From: Candidatus Uhrbacteria bacterium | GTDB taxonomy: Bacteria > Patescibacteriota > Patescibacteriia > UBA9934 > GWF2-40-263 | Direction: 5' to 3' | Length of the DNA stretch: 64,000 nucleotides | NCBI GenBank assembly: GCA_014239775.1 | Contig: JAAZYG010000039.1 | Coordinates: forward strand, 6,134 to 70,133 | Shown: piece after piece, positions 1-9,399 of the stretch | How the letters are laid out: every line of letters starts with the position of its first letter | How positions within the stretch are numbered: the stretch's first letter is position 1 | The notes under the pieces: model-generated | Told to the model about the DNA's origin: nothing | Database searches by the model: none | The model's input: only the letters and a program-made list of their open reading frames with translations | Made by a program: the position numbers and the translations under genes

Positions 1-790
1 CTGTCACAAATAAATCACTCTCTGCAGTTGTGCTTTCGTCATATGGCTTTGCAATTCCAAAATCACCCAAGCGCGCAATCCTTGTGTCGTCTGACATGTT
101 TTGTAAGAATATATTTGATGGTTTTACATCGCGATGTACAATCCCAACCTTACGCATAGCTTCAAGTGCCATAGCAATCTCAGATGCATATTCTGCAACT
201 TCTCTTAAATCCATCAATTCATCGCCCATTATTTCTTTTGATAAATCAGGTCCGTCCACAAGTTCTGTAACCAATCCTGTTATTTTATTTCCCTCAATAT
301 CTAACTCAATCTTATCTATGGCGGTTAAAATGAAGGGATTCTGCATTTTTGCAAGCATTTTTATCTCACGATCAAAACGCTTAACAGCCCTCTGATCGTT
401 AATGTTATTATTTAATAAAAATTTAACAGCACGGACCATACCATTGTGTTGATCTTGTACTGAATATACTGATCCCATTGCACCAGAACCTATGGAATCC
501 ATAATAATATAATCTCTTCCAAACTGATCTGTTATCATTTCACCAGGTTTAATATGGTCCTCTAACCATAATTCTGAATCAGAAAATTCAATATCTGAAT
601 AACTTTCTCTTGCTATATTTGGCAATGATAGTCCATCAATATCAACAAAGTGTGTTCCGGTTTTTTGATACGGTAATTTTGGATCAGAACCATCTTGTGG
701 CTCATTAATATTTTCATCTTCCTTAATATCGAATGTGTGATAAGCTTTTGCTTCTTCTGGATTGTAAGAATGCGACTCATGTCCTAACAT
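1..790 (-). CDS. Hanks-type Ser/Thr protein kinase (partial; C-terminus beyond window start)
   Basis: Minus-strand translation starting at ATG 790 gives a G-loop GSGAMGSV, an AVKFL Lys motif, the catalytic loop HRDVKPSNILL and DFGIA. No stop before position 1. The listed + ORF 30..395 is antisense to it. Confidence 0.8.
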   Translation of the reverse strand, partial: MLGHESHSYNPEEAKAYHTFDIKEDENINEPQDGSDPKLPYQKTGTHFVDIDGLSLPNIARESYSDIEFSDSELWLEDHIKPGEMITDQFGRDYIIMDSIGSGAMGSVYSVQDQHNGMVRAVKFLLNNNINDQRAVKRFDREIKMLAKMQNPFILTAIDKIELDIEGNKITGLVTELVDGPDLSKEIMGDELMDLREVAEYASEIAMALEAMRKVGIVHRDVKPSNIFLQNMSDDTRIARLGDFGIAKPYDESTTAESDLFVT

Positions 791-797
791 AAAAAGA

Positions 798-1094
798 TTA
801 ATTAGGTTTAATAAAATCTTCCTGTATTTCCCCCTGAACCATGTTTAAAAAAATATCTGTCAATGCATTGGCACGTTCATTTGTTTTTAATTCTTCCATT
901 GCTCGCTTGTATAAATCTTCTGATTCATAAAGCAGAGCTTCTTCTATCTCCATATTATACCCTTTTTTTCGAACATGTCGCTCTAATTTTATTGCTGGAA
1001 ACTTTTTCATCATTGCATCAGTTTCCTTTGTCATTACCATCCATCTCAAATAATCCTTCTCTGCAATATTATATTTATAAATCCTAGTATACAT
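798..1094 (-). CDS. hypothetical protein (98 aa) between secA and kinase
   Basis: ORF co-oriented and tightly packed between secA stop and kinase start; no recognisable motif. Confidence 0.4.
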   Translation of the reverse strand: MYTRIYKYNIAEKDYLRWMVMTKETDAMMKKFPAIKLERHVRKKGYNMEIEEALLYESEDLYKRAMEELKTNERANALTDIFLNMVQGEIQEDFIKPN

Positions 1095-1096
1095 AA

Positions 1097-3856
1097 CTAT
1101 TTACCATGACATTTTTTGTATTTTTTTCCACTACCACAGGAACACGGATCATTGCGTCCAATTTTTGAATGTCCTGAATTATTAACAACCTTTGACCCAC
1201 TTTGACCACCATTCATTGTTTTTGCAGCACCTGACAAGACAACACCTGCACGGTTCAATAAAGATTTACTCAACTCAGCTTGAACTTTCATGTCAACTGA
1301 GTGTTTTGCATACTTAAAAAACGTATAAGTTATTTCATGATTTATTGATCCTAATAGATGCTGAAATAAGTGATATCCCTCTTTTTTATATTCAAGAAGA
1401 GGATCTCTTTGTCCATAGCCACGCAATCCAATACCTGTTCTTAATGCACGCATTGCTTCTAAATGATCAATCCATAGCATATCAACCGCACGTAGAATTA
1501 CTGCCTTTTCAATATTATACAACTCTTTCTTGTCTTGAAACAAATCAGACAGCTCATCATACCTTGCATTAATAACTGTCATTATTTTTTCTATAATATT
1601 TGTTCTACCCTGAATAACATCTTTTTTGTCTTTTGATGCGGAAATCGATATGTTATTTATCTCATTTATTTGATTTTCATTAAGTGGAATTATCGTGTTT
1701 ACTGTTTCCGTAATCTCCTTAATATTCCAATCTGGTTTTTGTTTTTCTACACCTTTTTCAAACACCTCACCTGTATGAAACAAAACAACTTGTTCTACCT
1801 CACCTTCTATAATGTCAGTTATACGTGCCCGAATTTTTTCAGGTGTATTATCAAATGTATTTAGCACCTCAGACCTCCTAGCATATACAACTTCCCTATG
1901 TTTATTTAAAACATCATCGTACTCGAGAAGGTGTTTTCTTGAATCAAAGTTATGTCCTTCAACTCTCTCTTGAGCTTTTTCAACAGAACTTGTGATCATT
2001 TTATTTTCAATAGGCATGTCATCTGGAATACCAAGCTTGTCCATCATGCCCCTAGCTCTATCAGATCCGAAAATACGCATCAACTCATCCTCCATTGATA
2101 AATAAAATTGAGTAGATCCTGGATCACCTTGCCTACCAGAACGTCCACGAAGCTGATTGTCTATTCGGCGTGATTCATGTCTTTCTGTTCCAATAACATG
2201 CAATCCTCCCAAAACCTTAACACCCTCTTCTTCATCTGGTGTACATGGATTTCCACCAAGTTTAATATCAACACCACGACCAGCCATGTTTGTTGCAAGT
2301 GTCACAGACCCTTTGCGTCCAGCCTGTGCAATAATATCAGCTTCTCTTGTATGATTTTTTGCGTTTAAAATCTCATGCTTAACACCTTCTTGTTTTAGTA
2401 ATTCGTGCAGTAATTCATTCTTTTCAACAGATGCTGTACCAACCAAAACAGGCTGACCTTTTTCAGCTTTTTCTTGTATGTCTTTAATAACTGACATTAG
2501 TTTTCCTTTTTCGCTTTTATAAACCTTATCCACACTATCTAATCTACCTATTGGTTTATTGGTTGGAATCTCCACTACATCAAGTTCATATATCTTTGAA
2601 AACTCTTCTGCCTCAGTTGCAGCAGTTCCTGTCATTCCAGACAATTTGTCATACATCCTAAATAAATTTTGAAATGTAATTGTTGCAAGTGTCTGACTCT
2701 CTCTTTTTATTTCTGTACCTTCTTTTGCCTCTATTGCCTGATGTATTCCTTCTGAAAAACGCCTACCAGGCATTAGACGACCAGTAAACTCATCAACAAT
2801 TACCACCTCATCATCTTTTACTATGTAATGAATATCTTTTTTATAATTAGCACGAGCACGCAAGGCAGTATCTGCATAACGTTGATATGTTCCTTGATCT
2901 ACTGCGTACAAATTGTCTATACCTAGAATCTGTTCAATTTTTTCAATTCCTGCATCTGTAAGCGTAGAAGCTCTCATTTTTTCATCAATGTTGAAATCCT
3001 CATTTTCATGTAATACTTTAACTATATCTGCAAATCTGTAATACAATTTATTTGACTCCTCTGCTGGTGCAGAAATAATAAGAGGAGTTCTTGCCTCATC
3101 AATTAAAATAGAATCTATCTCATCGATAATCGCATAATGTAATTCCCCCATAACCATATCTTCTTTTGATTGAGACATATTGTCTCTCAAGAAATCAAAA
3201 CCAAATTGATTATTAGTACCGTATGTTATGTCAGCTGCATATGCTTCTTTTCGTGAACATGGCTTTGCATAATCCTCTTTAGCATGAAACGATCCAGTCT
3301 GATTGCTACTTGAATCATTATCTATTTCTGCATCAGCACCTTGCTCATACTTATATGATTGATCATATACAAAACTATCGAATTGCTGGATGCAACCAAC
3401 TGTCATTCCTAGAAAATCATATATTTGCCCCATCCAAATAGCATCTCTCATTGCAAGATAGTCATTCACAGTAACCAAGTGACACCCCTTGCCTTTCAAT
3501 GCATTTAAATACAATGGAAGTGTTGATGTAAGAGTCTTACCTTCACCTGTTCTCATCTCTGCAATTCCAGATTTATGCATAACCCAACCACCCATAATTT
3601 GAACATCAAAATGTCTTTGTGCAAGTGTCCTTTTTGACGCCTCACGCACAACAGCAAATGCCTCATGTGCTATATCATCAAGAGTTTCACCTTTTTTTAA
3701 CCTATCCTTAAACTCAATAGTTTTTTGCTTTAAACCATTATTTGAAAGCTGTTCTAGTTCAGATTCCAATATATTAATCTTATCAACCTCCTTTCTAAGA
3801 TTATGCAACATCTTCTTATTTGGGTCTCCGAAAAGTAATTTCATTATCTTGCTCAT
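1097..3856 (-). CDS. secA: preprotein translocase ATPase SecA
   Basis: 919 aa with DEAD-like motor motifs (MRTGEGKTL, LIDEARTPLIIS) and a C-terminal Zn-binding CSCGSGKKYKKCHG tail. Confidence 0.95.
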   Translation of the reverse strand: MSKIMKLLFGDPNKKMLHNLRKEVDKINILESELEQLSNNGLKQKTIEFKDRLKKGETLDDIAHEAFAVVREASKRTLAQRHFDVQIMGGWVMHKSGIAEMRTGEGKTLTSTLPLYLNALKGKGCHLVTVNDYLAMRDAIWMGQIYDFLGMTVGCIQQFDSFVYDQSYKYEQGADAEIDNDSSSNQTGSFHAKEDYAKPCSRKEAYAADITYGTNNQFGFDFLRDNMSQSKEDMVMGELHYAIIDEIDSILIDEARTPLIISAPAEESNKLYYRFADIVKVLHENEDFNIDEKMRASTLTDAGIEKIEQILGIDNLYAVDQGTYQRYADTALRARANYKKDIHYIVKDDEVVIVDEFTGRLMPGRRFSEGIHQAIEAKEGTEIKRESQTLATITFQNLFRMYDKLSGMTGTAATEAEEFSKIYELDVVEIPTNKPIGRLDSVDKVYKSEKGKLMSVIKDIQEKAEKGQPVLVGTASVEKNELLHELLKQEGVKHEILNAKNHTREADIIAQAGRKGSVTLATNMAGRGVDIKLGGNPCTPDEEEGVKVLGGLHVIGTERHESRRIDNQLRGRSGRQGDPGSTQFYLSMEDELMRIFGSDRARGMMDKLGIPDDMPIENKMITSSVEKAQERVEGHNFDSRKHLLEYDDVLNKHREVVYARRSEVLNTFDNTPEKIRARITDIIEGEVEQVVLFHTGEVFEKGVEKQKPDWNIKEITETVNTIIPLNENQINEINNISISASKDKKDVIQGRTNIIEKIMTVINARYDELSDLFQDKKELYNIEKAVILRAVDMLWIDHLEAMRALRTGIGLRGYGQRDPLLEYKKEGYHLFQHLLGSINHEITYTFFKYAKHSVDMKVQAELSKSLLNRAGVVLSGAAKTMNGGQSGSKVVNNSGHSKIGRNDPCSCGSGKKYKKCHGK

Positions 3857-3879
3857 ACGGCGCCTATTATCAGTGTTTT

Positions 3880-3919
3880 TTACAAAAAAATCAATGCCGA
3901 CCCTTCTAAGGTCGGCATT
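3880..3919. terminator. bidirectional Rho-independent terminator downstream of hpf
   Basis: 10-bp perfect stem AATGCCGACC/GGTCGGCATT (3893..3919) with A7 run upstream and U-rich tract downstream. Confidence 0.55.
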
Positions 3920-3925
3920 TTGCTT

Positions 3926-4270
3926 TTATTTACCAGGTCTTTTTACTTTTTGTGACTTTTGCTTCAATTTGTCCTTATGCTCCTTTAATTGCCTTTTTGT
4001 CTGTTCTTTTACTTTGTCTATTGCAGCATATAGATCCTCCGCCTCCTCTGAAGCTATTATATTCTTACCTGGTACGTGTAAGTGCATTTCAGCACGGAAA
4101 TATGGTCCCTTAGAATGATGCTTTGTGGATTTACCGACTTCGACACGAATCTCATCGGCAGGGTCAAATTCCTCACAAAGCTTTCTTAATTGATCAACTT
4201 TTAGCTCAACATAATCATGAATAGCATCAGTTAAATCAATATTAGTACCTTTTATCGAAATTATACGCAT
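3926..4270 (-). CDS. hpf: ribosome hibernation promoting factor / RaiA family
   Basis: 114 aa; MRIISIKGTNIDLTDAIHDYVE...LYAAIDKVKEQTKRQLKEHKDK is typical of HPF/YfiA. Confidence 0.8.
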   Translation of the reverse strand: MRIISIKGTNIDLTDAIHDYVELKVDQLRKLCEEFDPADEIRVEVGKSTKHHSKGPYFRAEMHLHVPGKNIIASEEAEDLYAAIDKVKEQTKRQLKEHKDKLKQKSQKVKRPGK

Positions 4271-4281
4271 ATAAAATATAT

Positions 4282-5244
4282 TTAAAAGCCTACATACTGT
4301 ACCTCTTCTTGTAGCAATACTCCAAATTGTTTGTGCACTTTTTCCTTAACAACAGCCATTATCTGCGCCACATGATCTGCAGTAGCTTCTGATGAATTAA
4401 CAATAAAATTTCCGTGCTTAACGCTTATTTGTGCTCCGCCGATTTTAAAACCTTTTAAATCAGCTTTGTCGATGAGCCAGCCGGCCGATATTCTCCGGCT
4501 GTCTCTCATCTCAATAGGTATATCGAAAATATTACCTAAACGTTGCAACTCATCATCATCTTTAATCTCATAATTTTTAAATAAACAACCTGCAGAACCT
4601 GCATCTAAAGGCTGTGAATCTTTTCTGTGTTGTAATTTTTCATCCAGCTCTTTTAATAACTTAGATGGATTATCTTTTTTCAATCTAAATTTAGCAGATA
4701 ATACAATATCATCTGAATGCTTTATTGATGATTCTCTGTACCCAAAATTAAGATCCTCTTTCTTTAAAGTAATGACATCACCATCTCTTAATACCTCTAC
4801 TGAAATTAAATTGTCTTTTATTTCTCCGCCAAAACAACCAGCATTACCACTAACTGCTCCTCCAATAGTCCCAGGAAGTGACACGGCCCAAACAAGCCCC
4901 TTTAATCCAGCCTTTGCTGTCGTTCTAGCCAATGACGAAGATAGTACACCTGCATCTGCAATAACAATATCCTCACTTATTACTTGACTGCGCATTGCAA
5001 TCTTTATTACAACACCATTAAAACCATCATCATTAACAAGCATATTAGAACCTCCACCAAAAACAAAAACAGGTGTCTCAGTTTGTTCTGTAATATTCAA
5101 CACACTCTTTAATTCGTTTACATTTCGCACATCAACAAACCACTTAGCAGGACCGCCTATTCTGTAATTTGTGTGTTTACTCATTTGTTCATCTAACTTA
5201 AGACGTATATTGAATATTTTTTTTAACTCCTCATTTATATCCAT
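4282..5244 (-). CDS. murB: UDP-N-acetylenolpyruvoylglucosamine reductase MurB
   Basis: FAD-binding N-terminus YRIGGPAKWFV...FVFGGGSNMLV and MurB C-terminal domain; adjacent to murC. Confidence 0.85.
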   Translation of the reverse strand: MDINEELKKIFNIRLKLDEQMSKHTNYRIGGPAKWFVDVRNVNELKSVLNITEQTETPVFVFGGGSNMLVNDDGFNGVVIKIAMRSQVISEDIVIADAGVLSSSLARTTAKAGLKGLVWAVSLPGTIGGAVSGNAGCFGGEIKDNLISVEVLRDGDVITLKKEDLNFGYRESSIKHSDDIVLSAKFRLKKDNPSKLLKELDEKLQHRKDSQPLDAGSAGCLFKNYEIKDDDELQRLGNIFDIPIEMRDSRRISAGWLIDKADLKGFKIGGAQISVKHGNFIVNSSEATADHVAQIMAVVKEKVHKQFGVLLQEEVQYVGF

Positions 5245-5250
5245 ACGCTA

Positions 5251-6627
5251 TTACTTTACTAGATCACGTGCAAATTTATCAACATCACCTGCACCCATTA
5301 TGATTAAAACAGTTTGATTATCAAGTGTCTTTTCTAAATCTTTTTTAGCCTCTAGAATGTTATTTGAGTAAATAATATTCTTTTCTGCATTTATAGACCT
5401 AACTTTTTCTACTATTTGTTTCGATGAAATGTCACTTGCTTCATTTCTGCCAATCACATCATAAATTGGTAATAATAAAACTGATGCATCTATTTCAATT
5501 AAGGTGTTTACAAAATCATCGAATAATTCCTTTGTTCTTGCGTGTTGATGTGGTTGATAACACAAGACAATTTTTTTATTTTGAAATAACTCACACGCAG
5601 CACCAACTGTTTCTTTTATTGCAGTTGGATGGTGTCCATAATCCAAAACTACTTCTGAACCTTTCAACATACCTACTCGCTCAAATCTACGCCATGTACC
5701 ATTAAATCTTTTTAGGGCGTGCATACACGTCTCTGCTGTAACACCAAGCTCCATTGCAGCAGAAATAGCCGCAATTGCATTTTGTGCATTAAACATCCCA
5801 GGAACATTTAAAATTATTTCAGATAATTTTTCATCACCATTCTCTTTTCTGTATAATCCAAAAATCTGCTTTCCATCTTTCAGAACTCGGTTTTTAAAAT
5901 AATAGTCAGAATTAATTTTTACACTGTATCCAACAGACCTGTTGGATACAATCTTTTCTGAATATGAATCATCTCTATTTATAATTAACAATCCCTTACC
6001 TGTAAGTTTATCAATATATTTTTGAAACGTTTTAATCACATGATCTATTCCAGTATAAAAATCTGGATGGTCCATTTCAATATTTGTAAGCACCACCATC
6101 TCTGGTTCGATGCTCATCATGTTTGCTTTATATTCACAACCTTCTATGACTAAAAACCTTCCTCTACCAACCCTTAAATTACCGTCCTTAAACCCCGGAA
6201 CCAACGTACCCACAATAACAGTTGGATCATACCCAGCTTCTTCAAGTATCATTCCCAACATAGCTGTTGTTGTACTTTTACCATGTGTGCCAGTAACTAC
6301 TATTGTTGAATATTTTAGCGAAAGCTCTCCTATAAATTCAAAATAAGTTAAAGTTTTTATTCCTAACTGTTTTGCTTTTACAAGCTCCTCATTATCATGT
6401 GGTATAGCAGATGAATAGATAAGCAAATCAGTTACTTCTTCTATGTTTGAATCCGCATGTTTTGTATAAATTTTTATTCCACGTTTTTTTAAATCTAACA
6501 AAATATCAGTTGAACCCATGTCAGATCCTGTTACATTTTTATTATATGAAACCAACAACTTAGCAACAGCAGACATGCCAATACCGCCGATTCCGATCAT
6601 GTGAACCTTTTTATAGTTTTCCATCAT
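5251..6627 (-). CDS. murC: UDP-N-acetylmuramate--L-alanine ligase MurC
   Basis: MIGIGGIGMSAVA N-terminus, P-loop GTHGKSTTTAML, Mur ligase middle and C-terminal domains. Confidence 0.9.
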   Translation of the reverse strand: MMENYKKVHMIGIGGIGMSAVAKLLVSYNKNVTGSDMGSTDILLDLKKRGIKIYTKHADSNIEEVTDLLIYSSAIPHDNEELVKAKQLGIKTLTYFEFIGELSLKYSTIVVTGTHGKSTTTAMLGMILEEAGYDPTVIVGTLVPGFKDGNLRVGRGRFLVIEGCEYKANMMSIEPEMVVLTNIEMDHPDFYTGIDHVIKTFQKYIDKLTGKGLLIINRDDSYSEKIVSNRSVGYSVKINSDYYFKNRVLKDGKQIFGLYRKENGDEKLSEIILNVPGMFNAQNAIAAISAAMELGVTAETCMHALKRFNGTWRRFERVGMLKGSEVVLDYGHHPTAIKETVGAACELFQNKKIVLCYQPHQHARTKELFDDFVNTLIEIDASVLLLPIYDVIGRNEASDISSKQIVEKVRSINAEKNIIYSNNILEAKKDLEKTLDNQTVLIIMGAGDVDKFARDLVK

Positions 6628-6808
6628 AAATAAGAATTATATAAACTATTTTCAACAATAATAATACATTGCTATAAATAAATAAATAAATAAAAAACAG
6701 GAATCATCCTAACTATTCATATTTATTTTAGTAAACTTATAAGCATGGCTTTAAATAAGCAAAATAACAACATTAAACATCTACTTAATCTAGATATTAT
6801 CTACCTAT

Positions 6809-8110
6809 TTGTCAACCAATCAGCACTATCGTAAAATAGAAATCATTAAATTACGTAAACTCAAGAATATGTTGCTTTCTGACTTTGATCCTGAAATAAA
6901 AATTGCACTAAACAATGAATTGAAGAGGCAAGAAGAAAGTCTTGAAATGATACCATCAGAAAATTTTGTATCACAAGATATACTTACCGCACTTGGATCT
7001 GTTACAACAAACAAATACTCTGAGGGCTATCCTGGAAAAAGATACTATGGTGGTTGTGAGCACATAGACACAATAGAATCTCTTGCAATCGAACGTGCAA
7101 AATCATTATTTGATGCAGAACATGTAAACGTACAACCTCTTTCTGGCGCACCAGCAAACCTTGCTGCATATTCAGCCCTGTTAAATCCAGGTGATACTAT
7201 TATTGGAATGGACCTTTCCCACGGTGGTCATCTAACTCATGGCCACCCTGTAACTTTCATGTCAAAGATATGGAACTTTATTAGATATAAAACAACATCT
7301 GATGGTTTGATTGATTATAACCAGATCGAATCACTTGCCAAAGAACACAAGCCAAAAATGATTCTTGTTGGATATTCTGCTTATTCACGTGAAATAGACT
7401 ATAAAAGAATCAAATCAATCGCTGATGAAGTTAATGCATACACAATGGCTGACATTGCACATATTGCTGGTTTAATTGCTGCAGGAGAAATGAATAATCC
7501 CGTACCATTGTTTGACGTAGTCACAACAACAACACACAAAACCTTACGAGGTCCTCGTGGTGGAATGATAATGTGTAAGAAAGAACACAAAAAAGCAATA
7601 AATAAAGCAGTATTTCCAGGTCTTCAAGGAGGTCCACATGAAAATGTTATTACAGCAAAGGCTATTGCGTTTAAAGAAGCTGCACAACTTGAATTCAAAG
7701 ATTATGCTAAGCAAATAAAATTAAATGCAAAGATCTTGGAAAACGAACTTTCTGCAAAAAACTTTCAACTTATGTTTGGTGGTACAGACAATCATCTTCT
7801 ATTAATAGACATGGCATCAAAAAATATTACTGGCGGACAAGCAGAAACAGCGCTAAACCTTGCTGGTATTACAGTTAATAAAAATTCGATTCCTGACGAC
7901 ACTCGCTCACCAATGGATCCTTCTGGTATAAGACTTGGTACACCAGCACTTACAACACGTGGAATGAAAGAAGATGAAATGAAACAAGTAGCAGATTTTA
8001 TTAATAGAGCTATAATAAATTGGCAGAACACATCAGAACTTGAAAAAATTCTAAAAGAAGTCCATGATCTAACAAGTAAATTCCCTATTTATAAAAATCT
8101 ATCTTATTAA
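6809..8110 (+). CDS. glyA: serine hydroxymethyltransferase GlyA (true start may be internal Met near 6869)
   Basis: SHMT motifs GYPGKRYYGGCEHID and the THKTLRGPRGG PLP-lysine region. Confidence 0.9.
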   Translation: MSTNQHYRKIEIIKLRKLKNMLLSDFDPEIKIALNNELKRQEESLEMIPSENFVSQDILTALGSVTTNKYSEGYPGKRYYGGCEHIDTIESLAIERAKSLFDAEHVNVQPLSGAPANLAAYSALLNPGDTIIGMDLSHGGHLTHGHPVTFMSKIWNFIRYKTTSDGLIDYNQIESLAKEHKPKMILVGYSAYSREIDYKRIKSIADEVNAYTMADIAHIAGLIAAGEMNNPVPLFDVVTTTTHKTLRGPRGGMIMCKKEHKKAINKAVFPGLQGGPHENVITAKAIAFKEAAQLEFKDYAKQIKLNAKILENELSAKNFQLMFGGTDNHLLLIDMASKNITGGQAETALNLAGITVNKNSIPDDTRSPMDPSGIRLGTPALTTRGMKEDEMKQVADFINRAIINWQNTSELEKILKEVHDLTSKFPIYKNLSY

Positions 8111-8118
8111 ATACATAA

Positions 8119-8946
8119 ATGTCTACAATTTTAGATGGTAGCAAGCTGTCAAAAACAATTATAAAGAAAATTAAAACTAGAGTATCTAGTCTATCAAAGC
8201 AACCTGGACTCGCTGTTATTTTAGTTGGCTTAGATCCTGCATCTCATACATATGTAAACCTTAAACAAAAAGCATGTGAAGAAGTTGGAATAGCTTTTAA
8301 AAAAATAACTTATCCAAATTCTGTATCAGAAAAAACTATCATTGATAAGATTACTGAGCTAAACCATGATAAAAATACACATGGAGTATTAGTTCAACTA
8401 CCACTACCAAACCAGAATGTAGACTTAATCATCTCACATATTAATCCAAAAAAAGACGTTGATGGTTTTCATAAGGATAACCTACAAAAATTACGAGAGA
8501 ATAAACCGTCCATGGCACCAGCGGTCGCACTAGGAATAATTAAGCTAATTTGTTCCTCAGGAGTTGATCTTGTAAACAAAAAAGCTGTTATAGTATCTTC
8601 CAAATTATTTGCAGAGCCAATTGAAATATTATTAAAAGAATTAAAAGTTGACTCTTTTGTAATTAATTATAAAGAAGAAAATTTTGCTGAAAAAATAAAA
8701 ACTGCAGATATTGTAATAACTGCAATTGGAAAACCAGGACTGATCAATGAATCAATGTTAAAAAATTCTTCCATTGTAATAGATGTTGGAACAACAAAAG
8801 TGAATGGAAAAATACTTGGTGATGTAGTGATAAATCAAGACAATAACAATACTTTATTTATTACACCTGTACCTGGCGGTGTTGGTCCAATGACTGTAGC
8901 AATGCTTCTTATAAATGTTTTAAAAGCATATCAACTACAAATTTAA
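8119..8946 (+). CDS. folD: bifunctional methylenetetrahydrofolate dehydrogenase/cyclohydrolase FolD
   Basis: ILDGSKLSK...NLKQKACEEVGI N-terminus, GVLVQLPLP and TPVPGGVGPMTVAML motifs. Confidence 0.9.
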   Translation: MSTILDGSKLSKTIIKKIKTRVSSLSKQPGLAVILVGLDPASHTYVNLKQKACEEVGIAFKKITYPNSVSEKTIIDKITELNHDKNTHGVLVQLPLPNQNVDLIISHINPKKDVDGFHKDNLQKLRENKPSMAPAVALGIIKLICSSGVDLVNKKAVIVSSKLFAEPIEILLKELKVDSFVINYKEENFAEKIKTADIVITAIGKPGLINESMLKNSSIVIDVGTTKVNGKILGDVVINQDNNNTLFITPVPGGVGPMTVAMLLINVLKAYQLQI

Positions 8947-8947
8947 A

Positions 8948-9394
8948 CTATGTTTTATCCTGAAGTTTAACTTCAGTTTTTTTAGTTTGAATCTTTGATA
9001 AGTGTCTATTTCTTGCTAAATAACCTCCTAAAATTATAATTGCTGAGTTTGGTAACTGCCACATAATTCCTCTTACATTCAAAACATCCGTCCACGGATA
9101 ACCAATGGACCATTGAGAATGTATTGCATATACGACAAGTGACAACATTGGCCACACGAGTCCATGTAAGAATCTTGACTCCCAAGAATTAATACTTTTT
9201 TTGAAAAAAAAGAATGCCACAATAAAAAACCAAGATGTTGTAAAAAATGAAGCTGCGTATGTCAACATTGGATTACGTGTTAACTCCAATGCAGACCACA
9301 TTAAAACAGCAACTGGATGTAATACAAGTACCAAAACTATAAATGTTATAAGCCATCTTTTTGTAAAGTACAATTTAAGAGTATTTAGGGTCAT
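8948..9394 (-). CDS. hypothetical polytopic membrane protein (start trimmed to internal Met; listed ORF extends to 9493)
   Basis: Hydrophobic TM segments. The listed start would overlap the upstream transporter by 94 nt; the Met at 9394 removes the overlap. Confidence 0.4.
   Translation of the reverse strand: MTLNTLKLYFTKRWLITFIVLVLVLHPVAVLMWSALELTRNPMLTYAASFFTTSWFFIVAFFFFKKSINSWESRFLHGLVWPMLSLVVYAIHSQWSIGYPWTDVLNVRGIMWQLPNSAIIILGGYLARNRHLSKIQTKKTEVKLQDKT
8960..8983 (+). terminator. weak Rho-independent terminator after folD
   Basis: 6-bp stem CTGAAG/CTTCAG with 5-nt loop followed by T7. Confidence 0.35.
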
Positions 9395-9399
9395 ATAAA

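Noticed and set aside
30-395. Listed + strand ORF of 121 aa
   Set aside because: Lies entirely antisense to a well-supported Ser/Thr kinase gene with canonical catalytic motifs; low-complexity S/I-rich translation typical of an antisense frame.
863-1087. + strand 74-aa ORF and many other 60-110 aa ORFs antisense to large genes (e.g. 1345..1572, 2157..2368, 4772..4987, 16233..16577, 37895..38173, 48643..48984)
   Set aside because: All are embedded antisense in strongly supported genes and lack RBS/promoter signals; they are frame shadows of AT-rich coding sequence.
6655-6690. (AAAT)n / A-rich simple repeat between murC and glyA
   Set aside because: Short low-complexity AT tract typical of divergent promoter regions in a low-GC genome; not a CRISPR or tandem repeat of interest.
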